DNA of 44,981 bases, from contig DATAPB010000184.1 of NCBI GenBank assembly GCA_036265435.1, positions 1 through 44,981 on the forward strand, in the 5' to 3' direction. The DNA comes from Solirubrobacterales bacterium. GTDB lineage: Bacteria; Actinomycetota; Thermoleophilia; Solirubrobacterales; 70-9. The notes beneath the pieces were generated by a model. The model ran no database searches and was not told where the DNA came from. It saw only the letters and a list, made by a program, of their open reading frames with translations. Made by a program: the position numbers and the translations under genes. Positions 17,353 through 25,133 of this stretch are shown in pieces (positions within the stretch are counted from its first letter, which is position 1; each line of letters opens with the position of its first letter).

Positions 17353-19701
17353 GTGGCCGCTGGGGCCGCGCCTATCCTTGGGCGCGTGGCCCGAGGTCAG
17401 GAGGAATTGAAGGTCGCCTCGGAGGAGGCGGTCGAGGAGGCGCCCGAGGAGGCGCGAGGCGCGCCGATCGAGCCGGGCGCGGACCAGATCGAGCGGCTGC
17501 TCGCCGATCTCAACGGTCCTCAGCGCGAGGCGGTCACCTTCGGTGAGGGGCCAGTGCTGATCCTCGCCGGCGCCGGATCGGGCAAGACCCGCGCGCTCAC
17601 CCACCGCATCGCCTGGCTGCTCGCGACCGGCCTCGCACACCCCAACCAGATCCTCGCCATCACCTTCACCAACAAGGCCGCCGACGAGATGCGCGAGCGG
17701 GTCTCCTCGCTCGTGGGCGGGGTCTCGCGGCGAATGTGGGTGATGACCTTCCACGCCGCGTGTGCGCGCCTGCTCCGCATGGAGGCCGAGCGGCTCGGCT
17801 ATACGCCTCGCTTCACGATCTACGACGAGGCCGACTCGCTGCGGATGCTGAAGCGCGTGCTCGAGGAGCTCGATGTCGACACCAAGCGCTACCCGCCGCG
17901 CGCGATTCGCGCTCGCATCTCGGACGCAAAGAACCAGCTGATCGATGCCGAGACCTACCAGGAGCAGGCCGGCGGCCCCTTCGAGGACATGGTCGGTCAG
18001 GCCTATCGCCTCTACGAGCGGCGGATGCTCGAGGCCAACTCGATGGACTTCGACGACCTGCTCATGCGGACCGTCAACGTGCTCGAGCTCTTCGAGGACG
18101 TCCGCCGCCGCTACCGCGACCGCTTTCGCTGGGTCCTCGTCGACGAGTACCAGGACACCAACCACGCCCAGTACCGGCTGCTGCAGCTGCTCACCGGCGA
18201 GGACGGGAACCTGACGGTGGTGGGGGATGAAGACCAGTCGATCTACGGTTTCAGAGGCGCCGAGGTCCGCAACATCCTCGAGTTCACGATCGACTTCAAG
18301 GACGCCCACGTCGTCAAGCTCGAACAGAACTATCGCTCGACCGAGACGATCCTCGAGGCGGCCAATGCGGTGATCTCGCACAACACGGGCCGCCTCGGCA
18401 AGAACCTGTGGTCGGACCTCGGGGAGGGCGAGAAGATCCACGTCACCGAGCTCGAGGACGAGCACGCAGAGGCGCGGTTCGTCGCCGGCGAGGTCGAGGA
18501 GCTGATCGACCAGCAGGGCCTGAGCCGGGACGAGATCGCAGTCTTCTACCGGACCAACGCCCACAGCCGGGTGCTCGAGGACATCCTCGTCCGCTACGAG
18601 CTCCCCTACCAGGTGATCGGCGGCACGAAGTTCTACGAGCGCGCCGAGATCAAGGACGCGATCGCCTACCTGCAGCTGATGGTCAACCCGGCGGACGAGG
18701 TCAGCTTCTCCCGCGTCGTCAACTCGCCGCGACGCGGGATCGGCGACACCAGCCAGGGCCGCATCCGCAACCACGCCAACACCACCGGGCGGACGATCTG
18801 GGAGGTCGCGCTGGAGCCAGAGGCGATCCCCGGGCTCGGCGGTGCCGCGATCAGGTCCATCTCTCGCTTCACGGAGCTGATCGAGGAGCTGCGGGCGGAG
18901 TTCGAGAGCGGGTCCGTGGCCGAGCTGCTGCGCGCGTTGTTGGAGCGCTCGGGGTACCTCGATGCGCTGCGCGCCGAGCGCACAATTGAGGCCGAGGGCC
19001 GGATCGAGAACCTCGAGGAGCTGGTCGGTGTCGCGGCGGAGTTCGACGCCAACCGCGAGGTCGAGGGGCCCTCCGAGCTCCAGCCGCTGGAGGAGTTCCT
19101 CCAGGCGATCTCGCTCTACACGGACCAGGACGACCTCGAGCGCGGCGAGTCGAAGGTCACGCTGATGACCCTCCACAACGCGAAGGGCCTCGAGTACGAC
19201 GCCGTCTTCATCATCGGCTGCGAGGAGGGCGTCTTCCCGCACTCCCGCTCGTTGGAGGAGGGCAATGAGGAGGAGGAACGCCGCCTCTGCTACGTCGGGA
19301 TCACGCGGGCTCGCAAGCGCCTCTGGATGACACACGCCCGCAGCCGGCGCATCTTCGCCGGGCGCGAGACCGGCTTCCCGTCCCGCTTCCTCTCGGAGCT
19401 GCCGGACGAGCTCGTCGAGCGCGAGGGAACCGAGGAGCAGGCCCTCACCGGCTGGTCGCTGGGCGGCAATGGGGCTCCGGCGCCGAAGGCGGATCCGACG
19501 CTCTCCTTCGCCACAGGCGACGACGTCACCCACGCCAGCTTCGGCGAGGGCGTGGTGACGGCGGTCGAGCCGGGCGGGGTGATAGTCGTGCGCTTCGCAA
19601 GCGACGGAACGGAGCGCAAGCTGATGGCCGACTATGCGCCCCTCAAACATCAAACGGGTTCCTCCTCGGCTTCGCCGCCGGAGGACCCTCCCATCAGCTA
19701 G
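17353..19701 (+). CDS. pcrA: ATP-dependent DNA helicase PcrA/UvrD family
   Basis: LNGPQREAV, AGAGSGKTRALTHR (Walker A), VDEYQDTN, YRS, TLHNAKGLEYD and YVGITRA. The exact start is uncertain, with several in-frame GTG/TTG codons near 17353-17410. Confidence 0.92.
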   Translation: MAAGAAPILGRVARGQEELKVASEEAVEEAPEEARGAPIEPGADQIERLLADLNGPQREAVTFGEGPVLILAGAGSGKTRALTHRIAWLLATGLAHPNQILAITFTNKAADEMRERVSSLVGGVSRRMWVMTFHAACARLLRMEAERLGYTPRFTIYDEADSLRMLKRVLEELDVDTKRYPPRAIRARISDAKNQLIDAETYQEQAGGPFEDMVGQAYRLYERRMLEANSMDFDDLLMRTVNVLELFEDVRRRYRDRFRWVLVDEYQDTNHAQYRLLQLLTGEDGNLTVVGDEDQSIYGFRGAEVRNILEFTIDFKDAHVVKLEQNYRSTETILEAANAVISHNTGRLGKNLWSDLGEGEKIHVTELEDEHAEARFVAGEVEELIDQQGLSRDEIAVFYRTNAHSRVLEDILVRYELPYQVIGGTKFYERAEIKDAIAYLQLMVNPADEVSFSRVVNSPRRGIGDTSQGRIRNHANTTGRTIWEVALEPEAIPGLGGAAIRSISRFTELIEELRAEFESGSVAELLRALLERSGYLDALRAERTIEAEGRIENLEELVGVAAEFDANREVEGPSELQPLEEFLQAISLYTDQDDLERGESKVTLMTLHNAKGLEYDAVFIIGCEEGVFPHSRSLEEGNEEEERRLCYVGITRARKRLWMTHARSRRIFAGRETGFPSRFLSELPDELVEREGTEEQALTGWSLGGNGAPAPKADPTLSFATGDDVTHASFGEGVVTAVEPGGVIVVRFASDGTERKLMADYAPLKHQTGSSSASPPEDPPIS

Positions 19702-20570
19702 TGGCGGCGACGGTGATCGACGGCAAGGCGGTCGCCGCCTCGGTCCGCGAGCGCGTGCGCGCTGAGGTCGAGGATCTGACCAGCGAGATCGGGCGTCCAC
19801 CCGGGCTCGCCACCGTCCTCGTTGGGGACGACGCCGCCTCGGCGATCTACGTGCGCCGCAAGCACGAAGCCGCCGAGGAGGCCGGCATCCGCAACTTCGA
19901 TCACAAGCCCGACGGCTCGATCTCGCAGGCCGAGCTCCTCGATCTGGTCACCGAGCTCAATGACAGCGACGAGGTCGATGGCATCCTCGTGCAGCTCCCC
20001 CTCCCGGACCAGATCGACACCGACGCGATCGTCAACTCGATCGATCCCGCGAAGGACGTGGACGGCCTCACGCCGACCAGCGCCGGCCTGCTGGCGCGCG
20101 GCGAGCCGGGCCTCGTCCCGGCCACGCCGCAGGGCGTGATGGAGCTGATCTCCTCGGTCGGGGTCGACCCGTCCGGAAAGGAGGCCGTGATCGTCGGTCG
20201 CTCGAACCTGGTCGGGCGGCCGCTCTTCTCACTGCTGCTTGGCGCCAACGCGACCGTGACCGTCTGCCACAGCCGCACCCGCGACCTCGGCGAGGTCTGC
20301 CGGCGCGCCGAGATCCTCATCGCGGCCGCGGGGCATCCCCGGCTCGTCACCGGCGACATGGTGCGTCCGGGCGCGACGGTGATCGACGTGGGCACCAACC
20401 GGACCGATGACGGCCTCGTCGGCGACGTCGACTTCGACGTCGCCAGGGAGGTCGCCGGTGCGATCACCCCGGTGCCCGGCGGCGTGGGGCCGATGACCAT
20501 CGCGATGCTGCTGGTGAATACGGTTAGCGCCGCACGGCGGCGCAGTCGCGCGGCCGCTCAATCCCACTGA
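19701..20570 (+). CDS. folD: bifunctional methylenetetrahydrofolate dehydrogenase/cyclohydrolase
   Basis: IDGKAVA, YVRRKHEAAEEAGI, GILVQLPLP, GRSNLVGRPL and PVPGGVGPMTIAML. The GTG start overlaps the pcrA stop (TAGTG). Confidence 0.93.
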   Translation: MAATVIDGKAVAASVRERVRAEVEDLTSEIGRPPGLATVLVGDDAASAIYVRRKHEAAEEAGIRNFDHKPDGSISQAELLDLVTELNDSDEVDGILVQLPLPDQIDTDAIVNSIDPAKDVDGLTPTSAGLLARGEPGLVPATPQGVMELISSVGVDPSGKEAVIVGRSNLVGRPLFSLLLGANATVTVCHSRTRDLGEVCRRAEILIAAAGHPRLVTGDMVRPGATVIDVGTNRTDDGLVGDVDFDVAREVAGAITPVPGGVGPMTIAMLLVNTVSAARRRSRAAAQSH

Positions 20571-20583
20571 CGGGGAGGATCCT

Positions 20584-20993
20584 GTGGAACCATCGAGGCT
20601 TCGCACCGGCGAGACCGTCGCCGGGGGCGGCGGCATCGTTCTCTTTGCGTCCCTGTCGCCCTCACATCCGTGGCGGGACTCATGCTCGCGGTCCTCTGCG
20701 CGGCCGGCCAGAGGCTGAACGTCCCGGTGCCGCGTGGAGGGGTCACTGCGATGCTCGGGTCGCTGAGCGTCCTGATCATCCTCTGGAGATTCTTCGCGAA
20801 CCCCGGCGACCTGAAGTTCGGGATCTTCCTCGGGCTCGCCGCCGCGGTGGCGGTCGCCGCCGGCGCCCTGACGGCGCTCGCCGAGGAGGGCGTCAGGCCA
20901 CTCGTCGCCACGGCCCCTGCCGCACCCACGAACGCCGCGGCGGGCGCGAAATCGAGTGGCGGCAAGGGCTCGTCCGGCGCCCGCAAGAAGTAG
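20584..20993 (+). pseudogene. degenerate first copy of the four-member small membrane protein family
   Basis: GTG 20584 follows GGGGAGGA and opens a 44-codon frame (VEPSRLRTGETVAGGGGIVLFASL...PW) resembling the paralog N-termini. The paralog-like C-terminal part (NPGDLKFGIFLGLAAAVAVAAGAL) is in another frame (ORF 20670..20993). The loop between them is missing. Confidence 0.55.
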
Positions 20994-21037
20994 GGTCCCG
21001 CCCTCTCTCAGGCACTCGAATCGAGGAGGACGTCGGA

Positions 21038-21481
21038 ATGGGAAGGTTGTCTCAGGGGCAGGTGATCGCGGCGGTCGGCGGGGTCGTCCTGCTGGTCGCG
21101 ATGTGGCTGCCCTGGATCGACATCAGCGGGCCCTCGCTCCCTTCCGGAGTTCCGGTGCCAGGGGGCCTCGACACGAGCACCTCGGAGAACATCTGGAAGG
21201 GCTCGTCGCTCGACATCTATCTCCTGATCACGGGCGTCGTGGCGATCCTGCCCGCGCTCATGTCGCTCACGGACAGTTCGGAGGAGTTCTCCTTCATCTC
21301 AGCGGCGACCCTGATTCTCGGGACGGTTGCGGTGATCCTCGTGATCGCGTTCCTGACGGTGGACTTCCCCGACGGAGCGGATCGAAAGATCGGCGCGTTC
21401 GTCGGGCTGGGCGGTGCGATCGTGATCGCGGTCGGCGGCTTCCGCTCCATGCAGGAAGAGGTCGCCGCCGCCGAGATATAG
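21038..21481 (+). CDS. small multi-TM protein, paralog 2 (147 aa)
   Basis: ATG follows GAGGAGGA. The protein reads MGRLSQGQVIAAVGGVVLLVAMWLPW...LDIYLLI...PDGADRKIGAFVGLGGAIVIAVGGFRSMQEE. GC3 is high. Confidence 0.8.
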   Translation: MGRLSQGQVIAAVGGVVLLVAMWLPWIDISGPSLPSGVPVPGGLDTSTSENIWKGSSLDIYLLITGVVAILPALMSLTDSSEEFSFISAATLILGTVAVILVIAFLTVDFPDGADRKIGAFVGLGGAIVIAVGGFRSMQEEVAAAEI

Positions 21482-21539
21482 GCTCGCTTGAACGAGGGTG
21501 CGCAGGCGCGGCCCGATCGACCCAGACAGAGGAGGAACA

Positions 21540-21977
21540 TTGGACGCGAACCGCTTGTCACAGGGGCAACTCGTAGCCGCCATCGCGGCGATCGCCCTCT
21601 TCATCATCAGCTTCCTGCCCTGGTTCAACCTCTCGGGAGCGGTGACCGTCGGCGGGACCACGATCGGGGGATCCAAGGACTTCAACCTCTGGGAAGCCGA
21701 GAACCCGCTCGACATCTACTTGCTGATCGTCATCCTCGTCGCGCTGGTACCGGCCGCGCTGTCTCTCCTGGGAGACGGGGGCGACGCGCCGATGGCCTCG
21801 ATGGCAACGGCGCTGCTGGCAGGCGTCGGCACACTGCTGATCCTCTACCAGGTCTTCGACACGCCTGGTGACCTCAGCCGGAAGGTCGGGCTCTTCCTCG
21901 GGTTGATCGCATGCGCGGGGATCGCGGTCGGCGGCTACCTGTCCATGCAGGAGGATGTCGGAGGCGAGCGGTACTGA
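21540..21977 (+). CDS. small multi-TM protein, paralog 3 (145 aa)
   Basis: TTG 21540 follows AGAGGAGGA. The protein reads LDANRLSQGQLVAAIAAIALFIISFLPW...LDIYLLI...TPGDLSRKVGLFLGLIACAGIAVGGYLSMQED. ORF 21498 is the maximal extent. Confidence 0.75.
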   Translation: MDANRLSQGQLVAAIAAIALFIISFLPWFNLSGAVTVGGTTIGGSKDFNLWEAENPLDIYLLIVILVALVPAALSLLGDGGDAPMASMATALLAGVGTLLILYQVFDTPGDLSRKVGLFLGLIACAGIAVGGYLSMQEDVGGERY

Positions 21978-22405
21978 GAGATCGCGTCCGCGTAGGCGAG
22001 CTGGTCGGGGCCGTCTCCGGCCTCGGCCTGCTCGTCGTCACCTTCCTGCCCTGGTACTCGGTTGGCGGCGAGAACGCCACGGCCTGGCAGGCATTCAGCG
22101 TCACCGACATCGTCCTCGCCGCCGCGGGCGCCACGGCTCTCTCGGTCGGCATCGTCGTCCTCTTCCGGCTCTCCGTCAGCTACCCGGTGGCCGGCAGCTC
22201 TGTGGCCGGGGGCCTCGGCATCGTGGCGCTGGTCCTGATCGTGATCCGGTTGATCGATCCTCCCGGCAGCGGAGACGTGCACCGGGAGATCGGCGCCTGG
22301 CTGGGACTGATCGCGGCGGCCGGGATCGCGTGCGGCGGCTGGCTGGGGATGCAGGAATCCCGGTCGCCTGGCGGCTTGAGGCGGCCTCCTACGGCCGCGA
22401 TCTGA
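21911..22405 (+). CDS. small multi-TM protein, paralog 4
   Basis: The protein contains VGELVGAVSGLGLLVVTFLPW...PPGSGDVHREIGAWLGLIAAAGIACGGWLGMQES. The only canonical start is ATG 21911, which overlaps paralog 3 by 67 nt. Alignment with the paralogs suggests initiation near CTG 21974, after GGAGG. Confidence 0.7.
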   Translation: MRGDRGRRLPVHAGGCRRRAVLRDRVRVGELVGAVSGLGLLVVTFLPWYSVGGENATAWQAFSVTDIVLAAAGATALSVGIVVLFRLSVSYPVAGSSVAGGLGIVALVLIVIRLIDPPGSGDVHREIGAWLGLIAAAGIACGGWLGMQESRSPGGLRRPPTAAI

Positions 22406-22417
22406 CGGCGAAGCCGT

Positions 22418-24334
22418 CTACCCGACCGACTCGGCCATCTCTCGCGCGACGTGGGTCGCGCAGGCGATGATGGTCATCATCGGGTTGACGCCGACGGAGG
22501 TCGGCAGCAGGCTTCCGTCTGCCACGTGGAGACCGTCGATGCCGCGCACCGCGCCACTCTGGTCGACGACGCTCGTGTCGGGGTCCGCGCCCATCCGCGC
22601 CGTGCTCATCGGGTGAAAGGCCTCGAGGCGCAGATCGGCGGGGCGCAGGCGCAGGGACTCGAACTCCTCGAGCTCCCCGCGCTTGATCACCGAGACGGGA
22701 CCGACGTTCGGATAGACCTCGGTCGCGCCGGCGGCGAAGTGGATCTCGGTCGCACGCGCGATGCCGAACTGGATGCGACGCGCCTCCTCATCCAGGAGCC
22801 GGTAGGAGAGCCGCAGCGACCCGTTGGCGCTGAGACCCACCCGGCCCTCGGAGTGATCGTGGAGGTGGACCCCGATCGAGGCGATGTGATCGAAGTTGGC
22901 GACCCGGTCGGTGAACGCGGGGCCGGCGCCCGGCAGCCACTGGGCGCCGAAGGAGAGTGGCGTGAAGGTCGCCTCGAGCAGGATGCCCTCGGGCTGCCAC
23001 TGGTCCACGTAATAGCTCTGCATCACGCCCTCCCAGCCGCGCACCTCCTCCTCGTATCGCGCACCGATCCAGGCGGCGGGGTGGATGTGGAGGTGTCGGC
23101 CGAGCGCCGGATGGCGGATGCCGGAGCGGAGCAGCAGCTCGGGGGTCCCGAAGGCGCCGCCCGCGCTGATCACCGCCTTGGCCCGGACCTGCCAGTCGCG
23201 GCCGGCGGCAGGGCGACCGTTCCGCCGCATCTCCTCCGCTCCGGTGGTCGGCATGCCGGCACGGCAGGCAAGTCCAACGGCGCGGCCGTTTTCCGTGAGC
23301 ACCCTCTGCACCTGGACGCCGGCCCGCACTCGGGCTCCGGTGGCCACGGCGCGCGGCAAGTAGGAGACATGCGCCGCCCGTTTCGCGTCTATCCGGCAGC
23401 CGAGCGGACAGGAGCTGCACTGCACGCAGCGTCCCGCGTTGCGGCTGATCGGCCCACCGCTAGCCCCGAGTGCCTTCGCGCCCTCGGCGCACAGCTGCCC
23501 GTTCCGTCCCAGCGTCTCGAGGTCGAGCGGGGTGACGGCGAGCACCTCCTCGGCCGCCTCGTACAGAGGATCGAGCTCCGTGGCCCACCCAACGCCTCCT
23601 CGATCACGCCACTCCTCCAGCACCTCACGTGGCGCCCGGAAGCAGGTCCCCGAATTGATCACCGTGGTGCCCCCGACCGTCCGGCCGACCGGCACCGGGA
23701 TCGCAGGTTTGCCGAGCGCGATCGTCATGCCCCCGTCGCGGTAGAAGAGCGGCATGGCCTGGAGCGGGTCGCTCGGGTACCCGCCGCGATCGACATAGGG
23801 ACCCGACTCCAGCACCAGCACGTCCAGACCCGCCTCCGCGAGGGTGGCCGCCGCCGCGGCTCCACCCGCACCCGAGCCGACGATCGCCACGTCGCAATCC
23901 TCGCCGTCGCTCCGGGGCTCCAGGTCGCCGAGCGAGGTCGCCGGGGGCTGCGGAGCACCCTCGGCGACCGCGCAGCTGTATTCGAACCCGATCGCCGTCC
24001 TGACCCGTTCGTCGCGCGCCCAGCCGATCATTGCGAGCAGCTTGGCCAGCAGGAGCAGGTCTCGGTAGAGGGCGAAGCGCGACCCCTCCATCTTCGCCAT
24101 GTACTCGGAGCGTGCCTCGATGCTCAGCTTGCTGAAGCGCCAGGGGAAGGGCAGCCGCTCGAAGACGCGCAGGGCGACCCGCACGACCTGCACGGTGCGC
24201 GCCGGAAGCCGGGAGAGGAAGCGGGCGACTGGCTCTGCAACCGGAATCTGCCTCTCGGCCGCGGGCAGCCCGTCGTCACCAGGGGCGAGCGCCTCCGCGA
24301 TCGCTCGCAGAGTGCGGAGCTCGGCGGCTCTCAG
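22418..24334 (-). CDS. GMC family FAD-dependent oxidoreductase with N-terminal extension
   Basis: DVAIVGSGAGGAAAAATLAEAGLDVLVLESG (FAD motif) and a C-terminal GMC-type region (HPMSTARMG, GLHVADGSLLPTSVGVNP). The first canonical start is GTG 24193. The 47 codons upstream (LRAAELRTLRAIAEALAPGDDGLP...) have coding-like GC3 and begin at CTG 24334. Confidence 0.8.
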   Translation of the reverse strand: MRAAELRTLRAIAEALAPGDDGLPAAERQIPVAEPVARFLSRLPARTVQVVRVALRVFERLPFPWRFSKLSIEARSEYMAKMEGSRFALYRDLLLLAKLLAMIGWARDERVRTAIGFEYSCAVAEGAPQPPATSLGDLEPRSDGEDCDVAIVGSGAGGAAAAATLAEAGLDVLVLESGPYVDRGGYPSDPLQAMPLFYRDGGMTIALGKPAIPVPVGRTVGGTTVINSGTCFRAPREVLEEWRDRGGVGWATELDPLYEAAEEVLAVTPLDLETLGRNGQLCAEGAKALGASGGPISRNAGRCVQCSSCPLGCRIDAKRAAHVSYLPRAVATGARVRAGVQVQRVLTENGRAVGLACRAGMPTTGAEEMRRNGRPAAGRDWQVRAKAVISAGGAFGTPELLLRSGIRHPALGRHLHIHPAAWIGARYEEEVRGWEGVMQSYYVDQWQPEGILLEATFTPLSFGAQWLPGAGPAFTDRVANFDHIASIGVHLHDHSEGRVGLSANGSLRLSYRLLDEEARRIQFGIARATEIHFAAGATEVYPNVGPVSVIKRGELEEFESLRLRPADLRLEAFHPMSTARMGADPDTSVVDQSGAVRGIDGLHVADGSLLPTSVGVNPMMTIIACATHVAREMAESVG

Positions 24335-24349
24335 CCCCGGCGGGCGCCT

Positions 24350-24790
24350 TCAGGGCGGGGCGGCGGGCGACCCGACCCGGCCGGCGAGCGACCAGAGGAG
24401 CAGGGAGGCGAAGACGAGCGATCCGTCGACGATCCCATTGAGCAGATAGACGAAGACGTCGTCCTCGATGAAGAAGATCAGCGAGGTGACTGAGGAGGCC
24501 GCCTTGCCAGCGGCCAGCGCCAGGATCATCGGCCGGTAGCGGACGACGTCGGTCGAGGCGATCCAGGCGAGGAACGTGATCACGACCATGTAGGCGAAGC
24601 CGAGCGAGAGCCAGAGGCGCTCCTCGGTCTTCGGCGCCGGGGTGTCGAAGCCGAGATGACCGCCGAGCTCGGTGAGTCGAGCGAGGGTCCCGTCCGGCCA
24701 GGCGATGAAGAAGAAGCCCGTGATGGCGAAGCCCACCGCCATCAAGCGCAGGTTGAAGGCGACGAAGCGCTCGGCTTTCTCCCCCGTCAT
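24350..24790 (-). CDS. four-TM membrane protein of unknown function (146 aa)
   Basis: ATG start, very high GC3 and four hydrophobic segments. The TGA stop (24350-24352) is in the same reading frame as the downstream GMC oxidoreductase. Confidence 0.7.
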   Translation of the reverse strand: MTGEKAERFVAFNLRLMAVGFAITGFFFIAWPDGTLARLTELGGHLGFDTPAPKTEERLWLSLGFAYMVVITFLAWIASTDVVRYRPMILALAAGKAASSVTSLIFFIEDDVFVYLLNGIVDGSLVFASLLLWSLAGRVGSPAAPP

Positions 24791-24806
24791 TGGGCGGGCA
24801 TGCTAA

Positions 24807-24822
24807 CTGGCCAGCTGGCCAG
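24807..24822. promoter_or_regulatory. perfect 16-bp palindrome CTGGCCAGCTGGCCAG in a divergent intergenic region
   Basis: Read directly from the sequence. It is a tandem copy of the self-complementary octamer CTGGCCAG. It sits in the 46-bp gap between the 4-TM gene start (24790) and the gatC start (24837). Confidence 0.5.
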
Positions 24823-24836
24823 GATCGTCCGTACCT

Positions 24837-25133
24837 ATGATCCGAGGCGTGATCGAGCGGGAGCAGGTGGAACATGTCGCGCGGCTCGCGCGGCTCGAGT
24901 TGACCGATGAGGAGCTCGAGCGGATGTCCGGCGAGCTGTCGGGGATCCTCGAGCACGTCGACCGGATCTCAGAGCTCGATCTCGACGGCGTCGAGCCCAC
25001 CTCGCACGTGATCGCCCTGGAGAACGTCCTGCGGCCCGATGAGCCTCGGCCGAGCTGGTCGCGCGAGGAGATGCTCGAGCGCGCCCCGGACCCGGCCTCC
25101 GGCTCCTTCCGAGTCCCCTCGCCGCAGGCGTAG
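24837..25133 (+). CDS. gatC: Asp-tRNA(Asn)/Glu-tRNA(Gln) amidotransferase subunit C
   Basis: 98 aa. VEHVARLARLELTDEELERMSGELSGILEHVDRISELD is typical of GatC. It lies immediately upstream of gatA. Confidence 0.92.
   Translation: MIRGVIEREQVEHVARLARLELTDEELERMSGELSGILEHVDRISELDLDGVEPTSHVIALENVLRPDEPRPSWSREEMLERAPDPASGSFRVPSPQA

Noticed and set aside
24350-24352. In-frame TGA between the 4-TM gene and the GMC oxidoreductase, considered as a selenocysteine codon.
   Set aside because: I see no SECIS-like stem-loop immediately downstream. The context (a Pro/Ala-rich tail) is not a redox motif. It is kept only as a readthrough or split-gene possibility in the findings.
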